Origin: an uncultured Gammaproteobacteria bacterium
GTDB lineage: Bacteria; Patescibacteriota; Microgenomatia; UBA10105; UBA927
Assembly: GCA_964445435.1 (NCBI GenBank)
Contig: CAYUKU010000004.1
Coordinates: 9,795-73,794 of the forward strand
Direction: 5' to 3'
DNA length: 64,000 nt
Positions 30,604 through 40,161 of this stretch are shown piece by piece. Below the pieces are notes generated by a model that saw only the letters and a program-made list of their open reading frames with translations, was not told the origin of the DNA and did no database searches. The stretch's first letter is position 1, and every line of letters begins with the position of its first letter. The translations under genes were made by a program, and so were the position numbers.

Positions 30604-32329
30604 ATGCGTACAGCTCAAGTGAGTCGTCGAGAAACTCGAGTTTTAGAAGATGTTCGCCCGGCGTGGGGAGCCTAATCAGCTTATAGAGTCTATCGGTTGT
30701 CACGACTGTCTGCGCTTCTTTCACATCCTCACCCGCGGTTTCCAGTCGGGCAGGGATTCCATCCAAAAGAACATTGACCTTACCTGACGAGCCTTCCTTG
30801 GGTCTCATGACGAGAAACACTTCGCCCGCATCGAATCGGATCACAAGCGACGCGCCCCTTTTGGGCATGGCCCGTTCTTTCCCTACGACCCAAGGGCCGC
30901 CATAAGCCACGGTGTTGAGAGGCATCGTATCAGGGATTGAGTATACAGATTCTTTTTCGGGGACGATTCGTTCAGGAGACGAAAAAAACGCAAGACGTCC
31001 GTATCCCAGATATGTCTCGGGCGTTCTGGAAAAGACACGGTATTGGGGATTATTCACATCGGCATCGATGGAAACGCCGGTTTCCGTCAACAGATTTTGG
31101 ATTACTGCTTCGGTTTCATCGTACTGACCCTCCCCGAAGTGGGTATAGCGAACCTTACCGTTTTTGTCGATGAGATACTTAGCCGGCCAATAGTGGTTAT
31201 TGTATGCGTTCCAGGTGGCATAGTTGTTATCCTGCATGACGGGATATTCGAGAGCGAAATCGCGGATCGCCCGTTCGACGTTTTGAGGTGATTTTTCGAA
31301 CTCAAATTCCGGTGTATGAACACCTATGATCACAAGGCCTTTGTCTTTGTATTTCGCGTACCAATTTCTGAGGTACGGAAGTGTTCGAATACAATTTATA
31401 CACGTATATGTCCAGAAGTCGACGAGTATAACCTTTCCGCGTAATTCCTTTATGGTAAGCGCGGAAGAATTAAACCATTCGCCGCTTGCTATGAGTTCCG
31501 GTGCGGCGCCCAAGCTATCGTTGAGCACTTCATTCATGGGTTTACCAATATCCGTTTTGCTTGTTGGTTTATCGGAAAGGCTCTCAAGCGCGTTTTTGAC
31601 CAGCAGATTGTCCTCGAACTTCGTCAGCCCGACGCCATAGTTAGGGAAGGTGGCCAGGATATACGTTTGAAATTTCCTGTCGATATTAAAGGCGATTGCT
31701 ATAGCGGTAATGATCATAATGACCCCAAACGCTTTCTGAATTTTTCCACTGTTTTTTATAAGCCAGGGGGCATGGCTAAGAAGGTTGCGACCGCCGTATG
31801 TTATAGCAAGCATAGGAATCGCAGTGCCGACGGCGTACGCAAACGTGATGAAAACTGCCGAAACAGTGACCGTTCCGGTCAGGGCTAACGAAATGACAGA
31901 CGCCAGGATCGGACCGACGCAGGGAGCCCACACCAGACCGAGGCTGACTCCTACCAGTACGCCCGCCGGGAAATCAGCATGGCTTGGTGACGGTTTTTGA
32001 CTGGACTGTGCGAAGTTGGATAACTTCGAGAAGAAAATTTCCAGCAAAACCCGGAACTTCGGAATTAGGAGGCTTGCCCCAAACATAAGAACGATTACCA
32101 CGGAAACCTGGCGAAGCGCGTCCGCCGAAATCCCGGTGACTCGAACGATAGTCGAGAGAAATAGCGTGAAGAACGTAAAACTCAGAATAAATCCGGTAAT
32201 GATTCCAAACGGTCTTTTCTTGCTGCCTGTTAGCGATCCTGACAGAACGATTGGTAGGATGGGAAGGATGCACGGCGAAAGAATCGTAACAATCCCTGCC
32301 AAAAAAGCGAAAATGAGAAGAATGACCAT
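30590..32329 (-). CDS. dipZ: DipZ-type CcdA-thioredoxin fusion
   Basis: CcdA domain LSPCILPILP and WAPCVGPIL; Trx domain DFWTYTCINC, GVHTPEF; C-terminal TPETYLG...YAFTFG. Confidence 0.92.
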   Translation of the reverse strand: MVILLIFAFLAGIVTILSPCILPILPIVLSGSLTGSKKRPFGIITGFILSFTFFTLFLSTIVRVTGISADALRQVSVVIVLMFGASLLIPKFRVLLEIFFSKLSNFAQSSQKPSPSHADFPAGVLVGVSLGLVWAPCVGPILASVISLALTGTVTVSAVFITFAYAVGTAIPMLAITYGGRNLLSHAPWLIKNSGKIQKAFGVIMIITAIAIAFNIDRKFQTYILATFPNYGVGLTKFEDNLLVKNALESLSDKPTSKTDIGKPMNEVLNDSLGAAPELIASGEWFNSSALTIKELRGKVILVDFWTYTCINCIRTLPYLRNWYAKYKDKGLVIIGVHTPEFEFEKSPQNVERAIRDFALEYPVMQDNNYATWNAYNNHYWPAKYLIDKNGKVRYTHFGEGQYDETEAVIQNLLTETGVSIDADVNNPQYRVFSRTPETYLGYGRLAFFSSPERIVPEKESVYSIPDTMPLNTVAYGGPWVVGKERAMPKRGASLVIRFDAGEVFLVMRPKEGSSGKVNVLLDGIPARLETAGEDVKEAQTVVTTDRLYKLIRLPTPGEHLLKLEFLDDSLELYAFTFG

Positions 32330-32335
32330 AACGTA

Positions 32336-32782
32336 TTACTGAGTGTTTGTTGTCAGTTCTTGCGATCCGCCCCCGTTCCACGTTTGAATGGCGTTTCCCT
32401 CTTCGTCGACATAGACGAAGGTGTGCTGATAGGTGATGCCGTATTTTCTCTTCAGATCCGTTGAAGAGTCATAATCGACTTTGAACAATACCACATTTTC
32501 GGGGATGCGTTCCGGATTTGTCTGGAAGTTTTTATCAGTGGGTACGCAGGTCGGGCACCACGGGGCGAAGAAGAACAGCACGCGTTTCTTTCCTTTGGCC
32601 GCCGCAAAGTCGGTAGCCGTATACGGAACATATCTTCCGGATGCCGTATTTGGCGTTGCGGGATTTTGAGAAGATTCCTGTGACGTTGGAGGAGAGGAGA
32701 TCGACGAGTTGCGAGGTTGAATGAAGAAATACACGCCGATGGCGAGAAACGCAAAAACGAGAAAGGGAATATATTTGTTCAT
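32336..32782 (-). CDS. Membrane-anchored thioredoxin-like protein
   Basis: N-terminal TM helix, FFAPWCPTC, YGITYQHTFV; SD GGAGGA before ATG 32782. Confidence 0.88.
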   Translation of the reverse strand: MNKYIPFLVFAFLAIGVYFFIQPRNSSISSPPTSQESSQNPATPNTASGRYVPYTATDFAAAKGKKRVLFFFAPWCPTCVPTDKNFQTNPERIPENVVLFKVDYDSSTDLKRKYGITYQHTFVYVDEEGNAIQTWNGGGSQELTTNTQ

Positions 32783-32835
32783 ATTCCTCCATTTGCAAAT
32801 GTTAAATACCACACACAGTGTAGCACACAATTCAT

Positions 32836-32864
32836 TTGTCTGAATCTTCAGACTGTCATACAAT
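32836..32864 (+). promoter_or_regulatory. Putative promoter with overlapping inverted repeat
   Basis: TTGTCT-17 nt-TACAAT, ATG 6 nt downstream; perfect inverted repeat GTCTGAA-TC-TTCAGAC at 32838-32853. Confidence 0.5.
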
Positions 32865-32870
32865 AAAGGT

Positions 32871-33839
32871 ATGAACTTCAACTGGATCGATTGGGTGATT
32901 CTTGGAGTCGTGCTGTATCACGCGTACCTCGGATGGGAAGCAGGCTTTTTCCCCCTTCTGGTTAATTTTCTTTCTTTTCTGCTGGCATTGTGGGTGGCCG
33001 TTACCTGGCAAGTGCCGGTATCAGGATTTCTCTCAGAAAAATTCGGAATTCCTCACAATTGGAGCGCCGTCTTATCGTACCTTCTTTTGGCATTCTTCGT
33101 TCAGGAAACTATCAGTGAGCTGTTACATGGACTGCTTACGCGTATCCCGAAACGTATCCGGAATTCCAAAATCGCTGAATCGATGGGGGCAGTTGTTTCA
33201 GCGGCAAATGGCCTCGTGATCGTGGCGTTTGTCCTCCTTGTCGTTTTGGCGCTTCCCCTTCGAGGAACAGTAAAAACTGATATCAAAAATTCCCGCGTGG
33301 GTTCGATCCTCGCCAGATATGTAGAGAAGTACGGTGCTCCCATAGAATCGGTCATTGAAGAGATTGGTAAAAGCGCACAGAAATTTTTTACCATTGAGCC
33401 TGAATCGAAGGAGCGCATCGCCCTTGAAGTGTCCCCGAAGTTTTCCGATCTGCGGGTAGATGAAGCAAGCGAACGCAAGATGCTCGAACTTGTTAACGCA
33501 GAACGGGCAAAAACTGGCGCACCGGCACTCGTTATGGATACGAACATAGTTGCCGTGGCCCGTGCATACAGTCGGGATATGTTTGAGAGGAAATATTTTT
33601 CTCATTATTCACCGGAGGGAGAAAATGCAGCAGACAGGATGGAGAAAGGAGGCGTTACATTTACTCTGGCAGGCGAAAACCTTGCCTATGCACCTGACGT
33701 CACGACGGCACATCAAGGGCTTATGGAAAGTGCCGGCCACAGAAGAAATATTCTTGACCGACGGTTTCGGCGCATTGGTATCGGCATTATTGCAACAGAT
33801 ACCTTCGGTATCATGGTGACCCAAAACTTCGCGGATTAA
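32871..33839 (+). CDS. CvpA-family membrane domain fused to CAP/SCP domain
   Basis: MNFNWIDWVIL..G...GF CvpA start with several TM helices; LVNAER, YFSHYSPEG, AGENLA, MESAGHRRNIL CAP motifs. Confidence 0.85.
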   Translation: MNFNWIDWVILGVVLYHAYLGWEAGFFPLLVNFLSFLLALWVAVTWQVPVSGFLSEKFGIPHNWSAVLSYLLLAFFVQETISELLHGLLTRIPKRIRNSKIAESMGAVVSAANGLVIVAFVLLVVLALPLRGTVKTDIKNSRVGSILARYVEKYGAPIESVIEEIGKSAQKFFTIEPESKERIALEVSPKFSDLRVDEASERKMLELVNAERAKTGAPALVMDTNIVAVARAYSRDMFERKYFSHYSPEGENAADRMEKGGVTFTLAGENLAYAPDVTTAHQGLMESAGHRRNILDRRFRRIGIGIIATDTFGIMVTQNFAD

Positions 33840-33853
33840 TCTCTTTTGCATTC

Positions 33854-35224
33854 ATGTTTGAAAATCTCGCCATCATTGACGTGGAGACAACCGGCACAAG
33901 TCCGGTGCGTGACCGTATCATCGAGATCGGCATATTGCGCATTGAAAACGGAAAACTTACTCATGCATATGAGTCACTTGTTAATCCGCAGTGCCACGTT
34001 CCGCCAGAGATTTCAATGCTTACCGGGATTCATGCGGGGCAACTGGAAAACGCGCCGATTTTTTATGCGCTCAAAGATACCGTTCGGGATTTACTACGCG
34101 ATGCGATGTTTGTCGCGCATAACGCCCGTTTCGATTATTCCTTTATCAAATCAGAGTTCAGCCGCATCGAAGAACCATTTGTAAGTCGCCAACTGTGCAC
34201 AGCAAAGTTATCCCGCACGCTTTTTCGACGGTACCGTCGACATAACCTGGATAGCATTATTGAGCGATTCGGATTTACGTGCGAAGGGCGACATCGGGCA
34301 TTGGGTGATGCCAAGGTGCTGTGGGATTTCCTTCAGATGATCCAAAAGACGGTACCGCCCGATAAAATAGCACATGCTATAAAGATCGTCACCAAGACTG
34401 CTTCCCTTCCATCGGCAATTACAAGAGAAACAATCGACACGCTTCCTGAGAGTTCGGGAGTCTACACGTTTTATAACGCCGACGGAGTGCCGCTGTATAT
34501 CGGCAAAAGTATCAATCTGAAGGAGCGCATTCTCTCGCATTTTACCGATGCTACTTCGAATATGAAGGAAGCAAAAGTATTTCATAGCATCGGGTCTTTG
34601 GAAGTTCAGAAGACAGACGGGGAATTGGGAGCGTTACTTAGAGAGTCACAGCTTATTAAAAAATACAAACCCGTATATAACCGTCAACTTCGGGAGATGC
34701 AGAGATTTGTCATCGCTTCCAAAAAAGAAACCCCGGAAGGATATCTTACGATTTCCCTTGAAGAGGTTTCTGTGATACGCCCCGCCGACGTAGCGAATAT
34801 CGTGGCGGTATTCCGATCTTTGGGACAAGCGAAGAGATATCTCGCGCAACTTGCTACCGACCATAAACTTTGCAAGAAACTCCTTTCTTTGGAAAAGGCA
34901 AAAACTGCATGTTTCGGGTATCAACTGGATGTCTGCGCGGGTGCATGTATCGGTAAAGAGCTGCCGGCTCGATACAATATACGCTTCATCGAGGCGTTCG
35001 GGAAAACGAAAATTAAGCAATGGCCGTTTAACGGAGCCATAGCCATATATGAAGGGAAAACGGCACATGTTGTTTTCCACTGGTGTTACTTGGGTACGAT
35101 TAATAACGATTCGGATGCTATTTCCAACAAATATGAATTTGACTACGATACGTATAGAATTCTTTCTCGGTACCTCCTTCAAAACGGGACGAAATTAAAA
35201 ATACGTCCTTATGTACTGCATTAG
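33854..35224 (+). CDS. DEDDh 3'-5' exonuclease (DnaQ-like) fused to GIY-YIG (UvrC/Cho-like) nuclease
   Basis: IDVETTG, VAHNARFD, HRALGDA; LPESSGVY..LYIGKSINLKERILSHF, PVYN; Cys cluster. Confidence 0.9.
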   Translation: MFENLAIIDVETTGTSPVRDRIIEIGILRIENGKLTHAYESLVNPQCHVPPEISMLTGIHAGQLENAPIFYALKDTVRDLLRDAMFVAHNARFDYSFIKSEFSRIEEPFVSRQLCTAKLSRTLFRRYRRHNLDSIIERFGFTCEGRHRALGDAKVLWDFLQMIQKTVPPDKIAHAIKIVTKTASLPSAITRETIDTLPESSGVYTFYNADGVPLYIGKSINLKERILSHFTDATSNMKEAKVFHSIGSLEVQKTDGELGALLRESQLIKKYKPVYNRQLREMQRFVIASKKETPEGYLTISLEEVSVIRPADVANIVAVFRSLGQAKRYLAQLATDHKLCKKLLSLEKAKTACFGYQLDVCAGACIGKELPARYNIRFIEAFGKTKIKQWPFNGAIAIYEGKTAHVVFHWCYLGTINNDSDAISNKYEFDYDTYRILSRYLLQNGTKLKIRPYVLH

Positions 35225-35226
35225 GG

Positions 35227-35262
35227 TGATATAATTTTGCAATGAATCCACTTACGGTATGA
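35227..35262 (+). promoter_or_regulatory. Extended -10 promoter with leaderless 6-codon uORF (MNPLTV) coupled to the peptidase gene
   Basis: TGaTATAAT, ATG at 35242 (6 nt downstream); its TGA overlaps ATG 35259. Confidence 0.4.
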
Positions 35263-35915
35263 AACTACTTCTTACATCTGCTGGTTTAACAAATAAATCT
35301 ATCGTTGATGCATTTCTGGAATTATTAGGGAAGCCGACTCGAGATAGTCGCGCGGTATTTATCCCAACAGCCGCAAACGGCGAGAAAGGAGATAAGTCTT
35401 GGGTTGAGCGTGAAATGAACACGCTCAAGAATCTGAATTTTTCCTCATTCGATATTGTTGACATCTCTCAAGTAAAACCCCTTGTGTGGAAACCGATATT
35501 TGCGCGTGCCGATGTGATTGCGATTGGAGGTGGTAATGATCGATATCTTCTTACTTGGTTAAGGAAGTCGGGATTGGCTAAATTATTGCCCAAACTGCTT
35601 GCGACGAAAGTGTATATGGGCATAAGTGCAGGAAGTATTGTTACTGCGAAAGTTGTCTCTCTTTCGTATTTGGGAATTCTGTATTACGAGAGGACGAAAA
35701 GATTTAAGGATGATTCAGGGTTAGGATTTATTGATTTTGAAATCCGTCCTCATCTGAATTCACCGGGTTTTCCAAAGGTGCGGATCGGTTATTTGGAAAA
35801 ATTGGCAGAGTCGAATAATACCCCGTTTTACGCATTGGATGACGCATCAGCGGTCAAGGTTGACGGTAATCGGATTACTGTCGTATCAGAAGGTGAGTGG
35901 AAAAGATTTCATTGA
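35259..35915 (+). CDS. Peptidase E (S51) family
   Basis: MKLLLTSAG, FIPTA, IGGGN, nucleophile elbow GISAGS, RPH. Confidence 0.88.
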   Translation: MKLLLTSAGLTNKSIVDAFLELLGKPTRDSRAVFIPTAANGEKGDKSWVEREMNTLKNLNFSSFDIVDISQVKPLVWKPIFARADVIAIGGGNDRYLLTWLRKSGLAKLLPKLLATKVYMGISAGSIVTAKVVSLSYLGILYYERTKRFKDDSGLGFIDFEIRPHLNSPGFPKVRIGYLEKLAESNNTPFYALDDASAVKVDGNRITVVSEGEWKRFH

Positions 35916-35958
35916 TATTTACAACCTATAGTAATTGATTTCCCATAAAGTTTTGTGT

Positions 35959-36936
35959 ATGATGCCAAAACGCATGAAAGTGCGTTTTTTTCTTATGCCG
36001 GACATACCCGAATACGAATTAGAACGAACTAAAGAACGCATCATCGCGATAGCCCAGAACGCGTACCAGCAGATATGGCTTCGATTTCCGGACGACCTTC
36101 GTCCGGATGCGACGCGGATTCCGAATAAGACAAATACGTTTATCGCGCCAGAACCGGTCGAACACGGCCCGGAGTTCCATCCGCTTATGCGGCCTGAGAT
36201 ACGTCAGATGAACGAAAAAGTGGGAGCTGGGTTAACTGAGATAACGAGTGTCCAAAAAATTGCATGGTTTCACAGCACAAAATATACCTTTACCCCGACG
36301 CTTCTTCTATTTCCCGATCCGTATCTCAAACGGGTAGTCTATCACGAGGTGGGCGCGATGATGAATGTCACGCATCCGTTTATTGTTCCTGCCTCATACG
36401 ACGATCTTACAAGAAGACGCGTATCTGCGGCGCTGGACGCGGTGCTCATAGACGGTCATGGTCTTCGCGTGGAAGATACGTTTATCGAACGGCGCGCTTT
36501 CCGTCGTGTTCTTCGTGCTGGTGACTATGTTATTAACGATCTGGTTGCCCACCCTTACTTGCTTTCCGCGGGAGAAATGTACGAATTGGCGTATGAGTAC
36601 GTATCGGGACACATAATGAAACGTGGTGGAAATTTACGCTTGTTTGATCAGCTTGTTCAAAAGGGTGAACTTGTTCCGGATGAACACACTGATAATATTC
36701 CGTTTTTTCAGGCTTTCTTTTACGTCGCGCGCTTTATTGACTGGCGAATTATGCTCCGGGGATTTTTAACGGGCGATCCTGAACAAATATTTCAGCAATT
36801 CGAGCCTTATCTGGGAACGAATACCACTCGGGCGATGGATATTTTATTGGGCACTATTAATGAAGAAGAAAACGAACTTGGTCTTACCGATAGGCTTGCG
36901 GCTTATTTAGGAGACGCACCTTCAACGAAGTATTAA
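35959..36936 (+). CDS. Hypothetical protein
   Basis: ~325-aa ORF filling the gap; no family recognised; start uncertain (35935, 35959 or 35974). Confidence 0.6.
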   Translation: MMPKRMKVRFFLMPDIPEYELERTKERIIAIAQNAYQQIWLRFPDDLRPDATRIPNKTNTFIAPEPVEHGPEFHPLMRPEIRQMNEKVGAGLTEITSVQKIAWFHSTKYTFTPTLLLFPDPYLKRVVYHEVGAMMNVTHPFIVPASYDDLTRRRVSAALDAVLIDGHGLRVEDTFIERRAFRRVLRAGDYVINDLVAHPYLLSAGEMYELAYEYVSGHIMKRGGNLRLFDQLVQKGELVPDEHTDNIPFFQAFFYVARFIDWRIMLRGFLTGDPEQIFQQFEPYLGTNTTRAMDILLGTINEEENELGLTDRLAAYLGDAPSTKY

Positions 36937-36937
36937 C

Positions 36938-37796
36938 TTACACCACCTGAAGGGTAAACAGTCCCGCAATTGCGACACCAAGGCCGATAAACTGTTGCCT
37001 GTTGAGTTTTTCCTTAAATACGATCCAGGAGAATAACACTATAACCGCAGCCTGAAGCGACGTGATCATCGTGACCGTGGACACTTCATAGTTAGCAATG
37101 GTGTAGTTATAGAGAGAAAACGCTCCAACATCCAAGGCTGCCGCAGCGAAAATACTTCTCCACGGTGTTTGCGTTTTCAGCACTGCGAAGTCATAGTGCT
37201 TATAAAGAAGGATAAGAAATGTCGTAACGGCGATTGCCGTTCGTATAGTAACGACGGTAAGAAACCATCCGATCGATCTGGATGAGATCGCAAGGAAATA
37301 AAGATACACGCCGTTCCGGCGGATGAGATAAATGAGTGAGGCACTCCCGCAAGTAGCGTGAGGACTTTTTCTTTTCTTTTTGGCAGCTCCAATCCCAGAA
37401 GAATCACGCCAACCATGATAAGAATCATGCTTACGATTTTTGCAGGCCCGAAAGGTTCACCGAGAAACATTACGCCGAGAATGGCGGTAACCACCATATA
37501 AAGTTGTCCGATGGGCCCGACAACCGCAAGGCGGCCGATTTTTGTGGCATGGAGAAATAACAGATAGTTGAAGCTAAAGAGTGAACCCAGAACGATAAGC
37601 GGCAGAAGATTAAATTGCGTCGGGGTCGGTGGTGCCACGGGGATGAGGAACGCAAACAGCGGTACTCCAAGTCCCTGGAAAATAAAAAGAGTGCGGGAAC
37701 CGGTCCGATTTTTCTTGACGTTTTCGTCACAAGAACAGCCACGAGTCCGAAGCCGACTGCGGCAACGAGCGAGTAAAGAAGAGCGAATAAATCCAT
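36938..37796 (-). pseudogene. EamA/DMT transporter interrupted by two frameshifts
   Basis: Three consecutive frames join into a 10-TM EamA protein (MDLFALLYSL...LFLF / QGLGVPLF...FLGE...SAGT / GVYLYFL...FKEKLN); each junction lacks one base (T-run ~37680, GG ~37311). Confidence 0.8.
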
Positions 37797-37822
37797 GCTT
37801 CGCAGCATATCACTCGCTCTGC

Positions 37823-37851
37823 TAGACAGGGAAACGGATTTTTCGTATAAT
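37823..37851 (+). promoter_or_regulatory. sigma70 promoter for fusA
   Basis: TAGACA-17 nt-TATAAT. Confidence 0.72.
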
Positions 37852-37867
37852 GATTTACGATAAACAT

Positions 37868-37896
37868 GGCTGCGCGCCCTGTGCGTGGCTTTTTTT
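37868..37896 (+). promoter_or_regulatory. GC-rich hairpin plus T7 in fusA 5' leader
   Basis: GCTGCGCGC-CCT-GTGCGTGGC (with G-U pairs) then TTTTTTT. Confidence 0.5.
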
Positions 37897-37906
37897 GTTT
37901 GGAATT

Positions 37907-40027
37907 ATGGCAAATCCGCAAACAACACTTACAGAAAACCGCGACGTTCCTCTTGATAAGGTCCGTAACATCGGCGTTATTGCGCATATCGACGCCGGGA
38001 AAACGACAACCACGGAGCGCATCCTGTATTACACCGGTAAAAGCTATAAGATCGGTGATATCGACGAAGGCACGACGCAGATGGACTGGATGGAGCAGGA
38101 GCGTGAGCGCGGCATCACCATCGTGTCAGCCGCCACGACCACGTTCTGGAAAGGATACCGCTTCAATATTATCGATACTCCCGGACATGTAGACTTTACC
38201 GCAGAAGTGGAGCGCTCTCTTCGCGTTCTTGACGGAGGTATCACCGTCCTTGACGCGGAAGAAGGCGTTCAGTCCCAGTCAGAGACCGTGTGGCACCAGG
38301 CGGACAAATACAAGGTTCCGCGTCTGTGTTTCATCAACAAGATGGATAAATTAGGAGCTGATTTCCGCGCGACGATTAAATCCATTGAAGAGCGTTTGGG
38401 CGCACACCCTGCTGTGATGGTTGTTCCGATTGGTCGAGAAAATACCTTCAAAGGAATCATTGATCTTCTCACGCGCAAAGCATTGGTGTGGGGAAGCGAT
38501 GAATTAGGCGCTCACTTTGACGAAGCCGAAATTCCCCAAGATCTTAAGGAAGAGGTAGAGCAAAGCCGTCATGAACTTATTGAGAAAATCGCGGAAACCG
38601 ATGATGCACTTCTGGAGAAATATCTTGGCGGCACGGAGCCTACGGTGGAAGAGTTGAAAGCAGCACTCCGAAGGGCCGTTATTGCCTACGAGCTCGTTCC
38701 GATCTATGCAGGGACAAGCCTGAGAAACAAAGGCGTTCAGCCTCTTTTGGATGCGGTCGTGGATTATCTTCCATCGCCCCTGGATTTGCCTCCTGTCACG
38801 GGAACCGTTCCGCGAACAGAAGAAGCCATTAGCTACAAGCGTGTGAAAGAAGAGCCGTTCTCAGGACTCGCATTTAAGATTCAGATTGATCCGCATGTCG
38901 GGAAATTGACCTATGTACGTATTTATTCAGGGAAGTTAACATCCGGTTCCTACGTCTACAACTCGAATAAGGGTGTAAAGGAACGCGTCGGGCGTTTACT
39001 TCTCATGCATGCCAACCAGCGTGAGGAAATCCGAGAGGCTTTCGCAGGAGAAATCGTTGCGGTCGTAGGATTTAAGGACACGATTACCGGAGATACGATT
39101 TGTGACGACACCAAGCCGATTATCCTTGAGAAAATTACCTTCCCCGAGCCCGTTATTTCTCTTGCGATTGAACCCAAGACCAAGAATGACCAGGAAAAGA
39201 TGGGCTATGCCCTTCAGCGGTTGTCTGAGGAAGATCCAACGTTCAAGATTAAGAGCAATCAGGAAACGAACCAGACTATCATCTGGGGTATGGGCGAGCT
39301 TCACCTTGAGATTCTCGTGGACCGTATGAAGCGGGAATTTAAGGTCGAGGCCAATGTCGGCGCGCCGCAAGTGGCGTATAAAGAAACCATCAAGGCGCTG
39401 GCTGAAGGCGAGGGGAAGTATATCAAGCAGTCCGGAGGCCGCGGACAGTACGGACACTGTTTCATCAAGCTTGAGCCCAAGGGTCGTGGTGAAGGATTCG
39501 AATTCGTCGACGCCATCAAAGGTGGAGCAATTCCCCGTGAGTTTATTGCGCCTATCCAAAAGGGTATTATGGAGGCGATGGAAAACGGTGTTATCGCCGG
39601 CTACCCGGTTGTCGACATAAAAGCAACACTCTATGACGGAACGTATCACGATGTTGATAGCTCAGAAGTCGCCTTTAAGATCGCGGGATCCATGGCGTTC
39701 CAGAATGCAGCCAAGCAAGCGCAACCGACACTCCTTGAGCCGATCATGAAAGTGGAAGTGACGACACCCGACGAATACATGGGAGACATTATCGGAGATT
39801 TGGGCGCCAAACGGTCGCAGATCCTTGGGACGACGAAGCGAGGACACGTGTCGGTTATTCTTGCGCTCGTTCCTTTGGCTGAGCTTTCCGGATACGCGAC
39901 TGCACTTCGCAGCATGTCGAAAGGCAGAGCTACCTATTATATGGAGCCTTCCCACTACGAAGAAGTGCCGCGCAATATCCAGGAGAAGATTATCGCCAAA
40001 GAAGGCCGCGCATCCGCTTCAGCGTAA
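37907..40027 (+). CDS. fusA: Elongation factor G
   Basis: [53 protein letters not shown]. Confidence 0.98.
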   Translation: MANPQTTLTENRDVPLDKVRNIGVIAHIDAGKTTTTERILYYTGKSYKIGDIDEGTTQMDWMEQERERGITIVSAATTTFWKGYRFNIIDTPGHVDFTAEVERSLRVLDGGITVLDAEEGVQSQSETVWHQADKYKVPRLCFINKMDKLGADFRATIKSIEERLGAHPAVMVVPIGRENTFKGIIDLLTRKALVWGSDELGAHFDEAEIPQDLKEEVEQSRHELIEKIAETDDALLEKYLGGTEPTVEELKAALRRAVIAYELVPIYAGTSLRNKGVQPLLDAVVDYLPSPLDLPPVTGTVPRTEEAISYKRVKEEPFSGLAFKIQIDPHVGKLTYVRIYSGKLTSGSYVYNSNKGVKERVGRLLLMHANQREEIREAFAGEIVAVVGFKDTITGDTICDDTKPIILEKITFPEPVISLAIEPKTKNDQEKMGYALQRLSEEDPTFKIKSNQETNQTIIWGMGELHLEILVDRMKREFKVEANVGAPQVAYKETIKALAEGEGKYIKQSGGRGQYGHCFIKLEPKGRGEGFEFVDAIKGGAIPREFIAPIQKGIMEAMENGVIAGYPVVDIKATLYDGTYHDVDSSEVAFKIAGSMAFQNAAKQAQPTLLEPIMKVEVTTPDEYMGDIIGDLGAKRSQILGTTKRGHVSVILALVPLAELSGYATALRSMSKGRATYYMEPSHYEEVPRNIQEKIIAKEGRASASA

Positions 40028-40040
40028 GAGTGAACACCTA

Positions 40041-40069
40041 TTGCGCAAACGTGATCGTGATGGTAGAAT
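40041..40069 (+). promoter_or_regulatory. Internal promoter for tuf
   Basis: TTGCGC-17 nt-TAGAAT with TG extension. Confidence 0.6.
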
Positions 40070-40078
40070 GCCTGTACG

Positions 40079-40128
40079 AATCATCTCACAACTCATCAGC
40101 TTGTTCCTGATGAGCTTATGAGGTGATT
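40079..40128 (+). promoter_or_regulatory. 50-nt hairpin in tuf leader
   Basis: AATCATCTCA/TGAGGTGATT outer stem and CTCATCAG/CTGATGAG inner stem, then U-rich tract and SD AAGGAGG. Confidence 0.6.
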
Positions 40129-40161
40129 TGTCTGTATTGTTTTTTTATTTAAGGAGGCAGC

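Noticed and set aside
37305-37695. Programmed ribosomal frameshifting in the EamA gene
   Set aside because: Two independent shifts would be needed, and neither site is a clean X XXY YYZ heptamer with an evident stimulator
37850-37906. Longer N-terminal extensions from the ORF track (fusA 37850, ftsK 219, alkA 28313, thioredoxin 32881, hup 62579, Zn finger 10364)
   Set aside because: They overlap predicted promoters or neighbouring genes; downstream ATGs fit the family N-termini better
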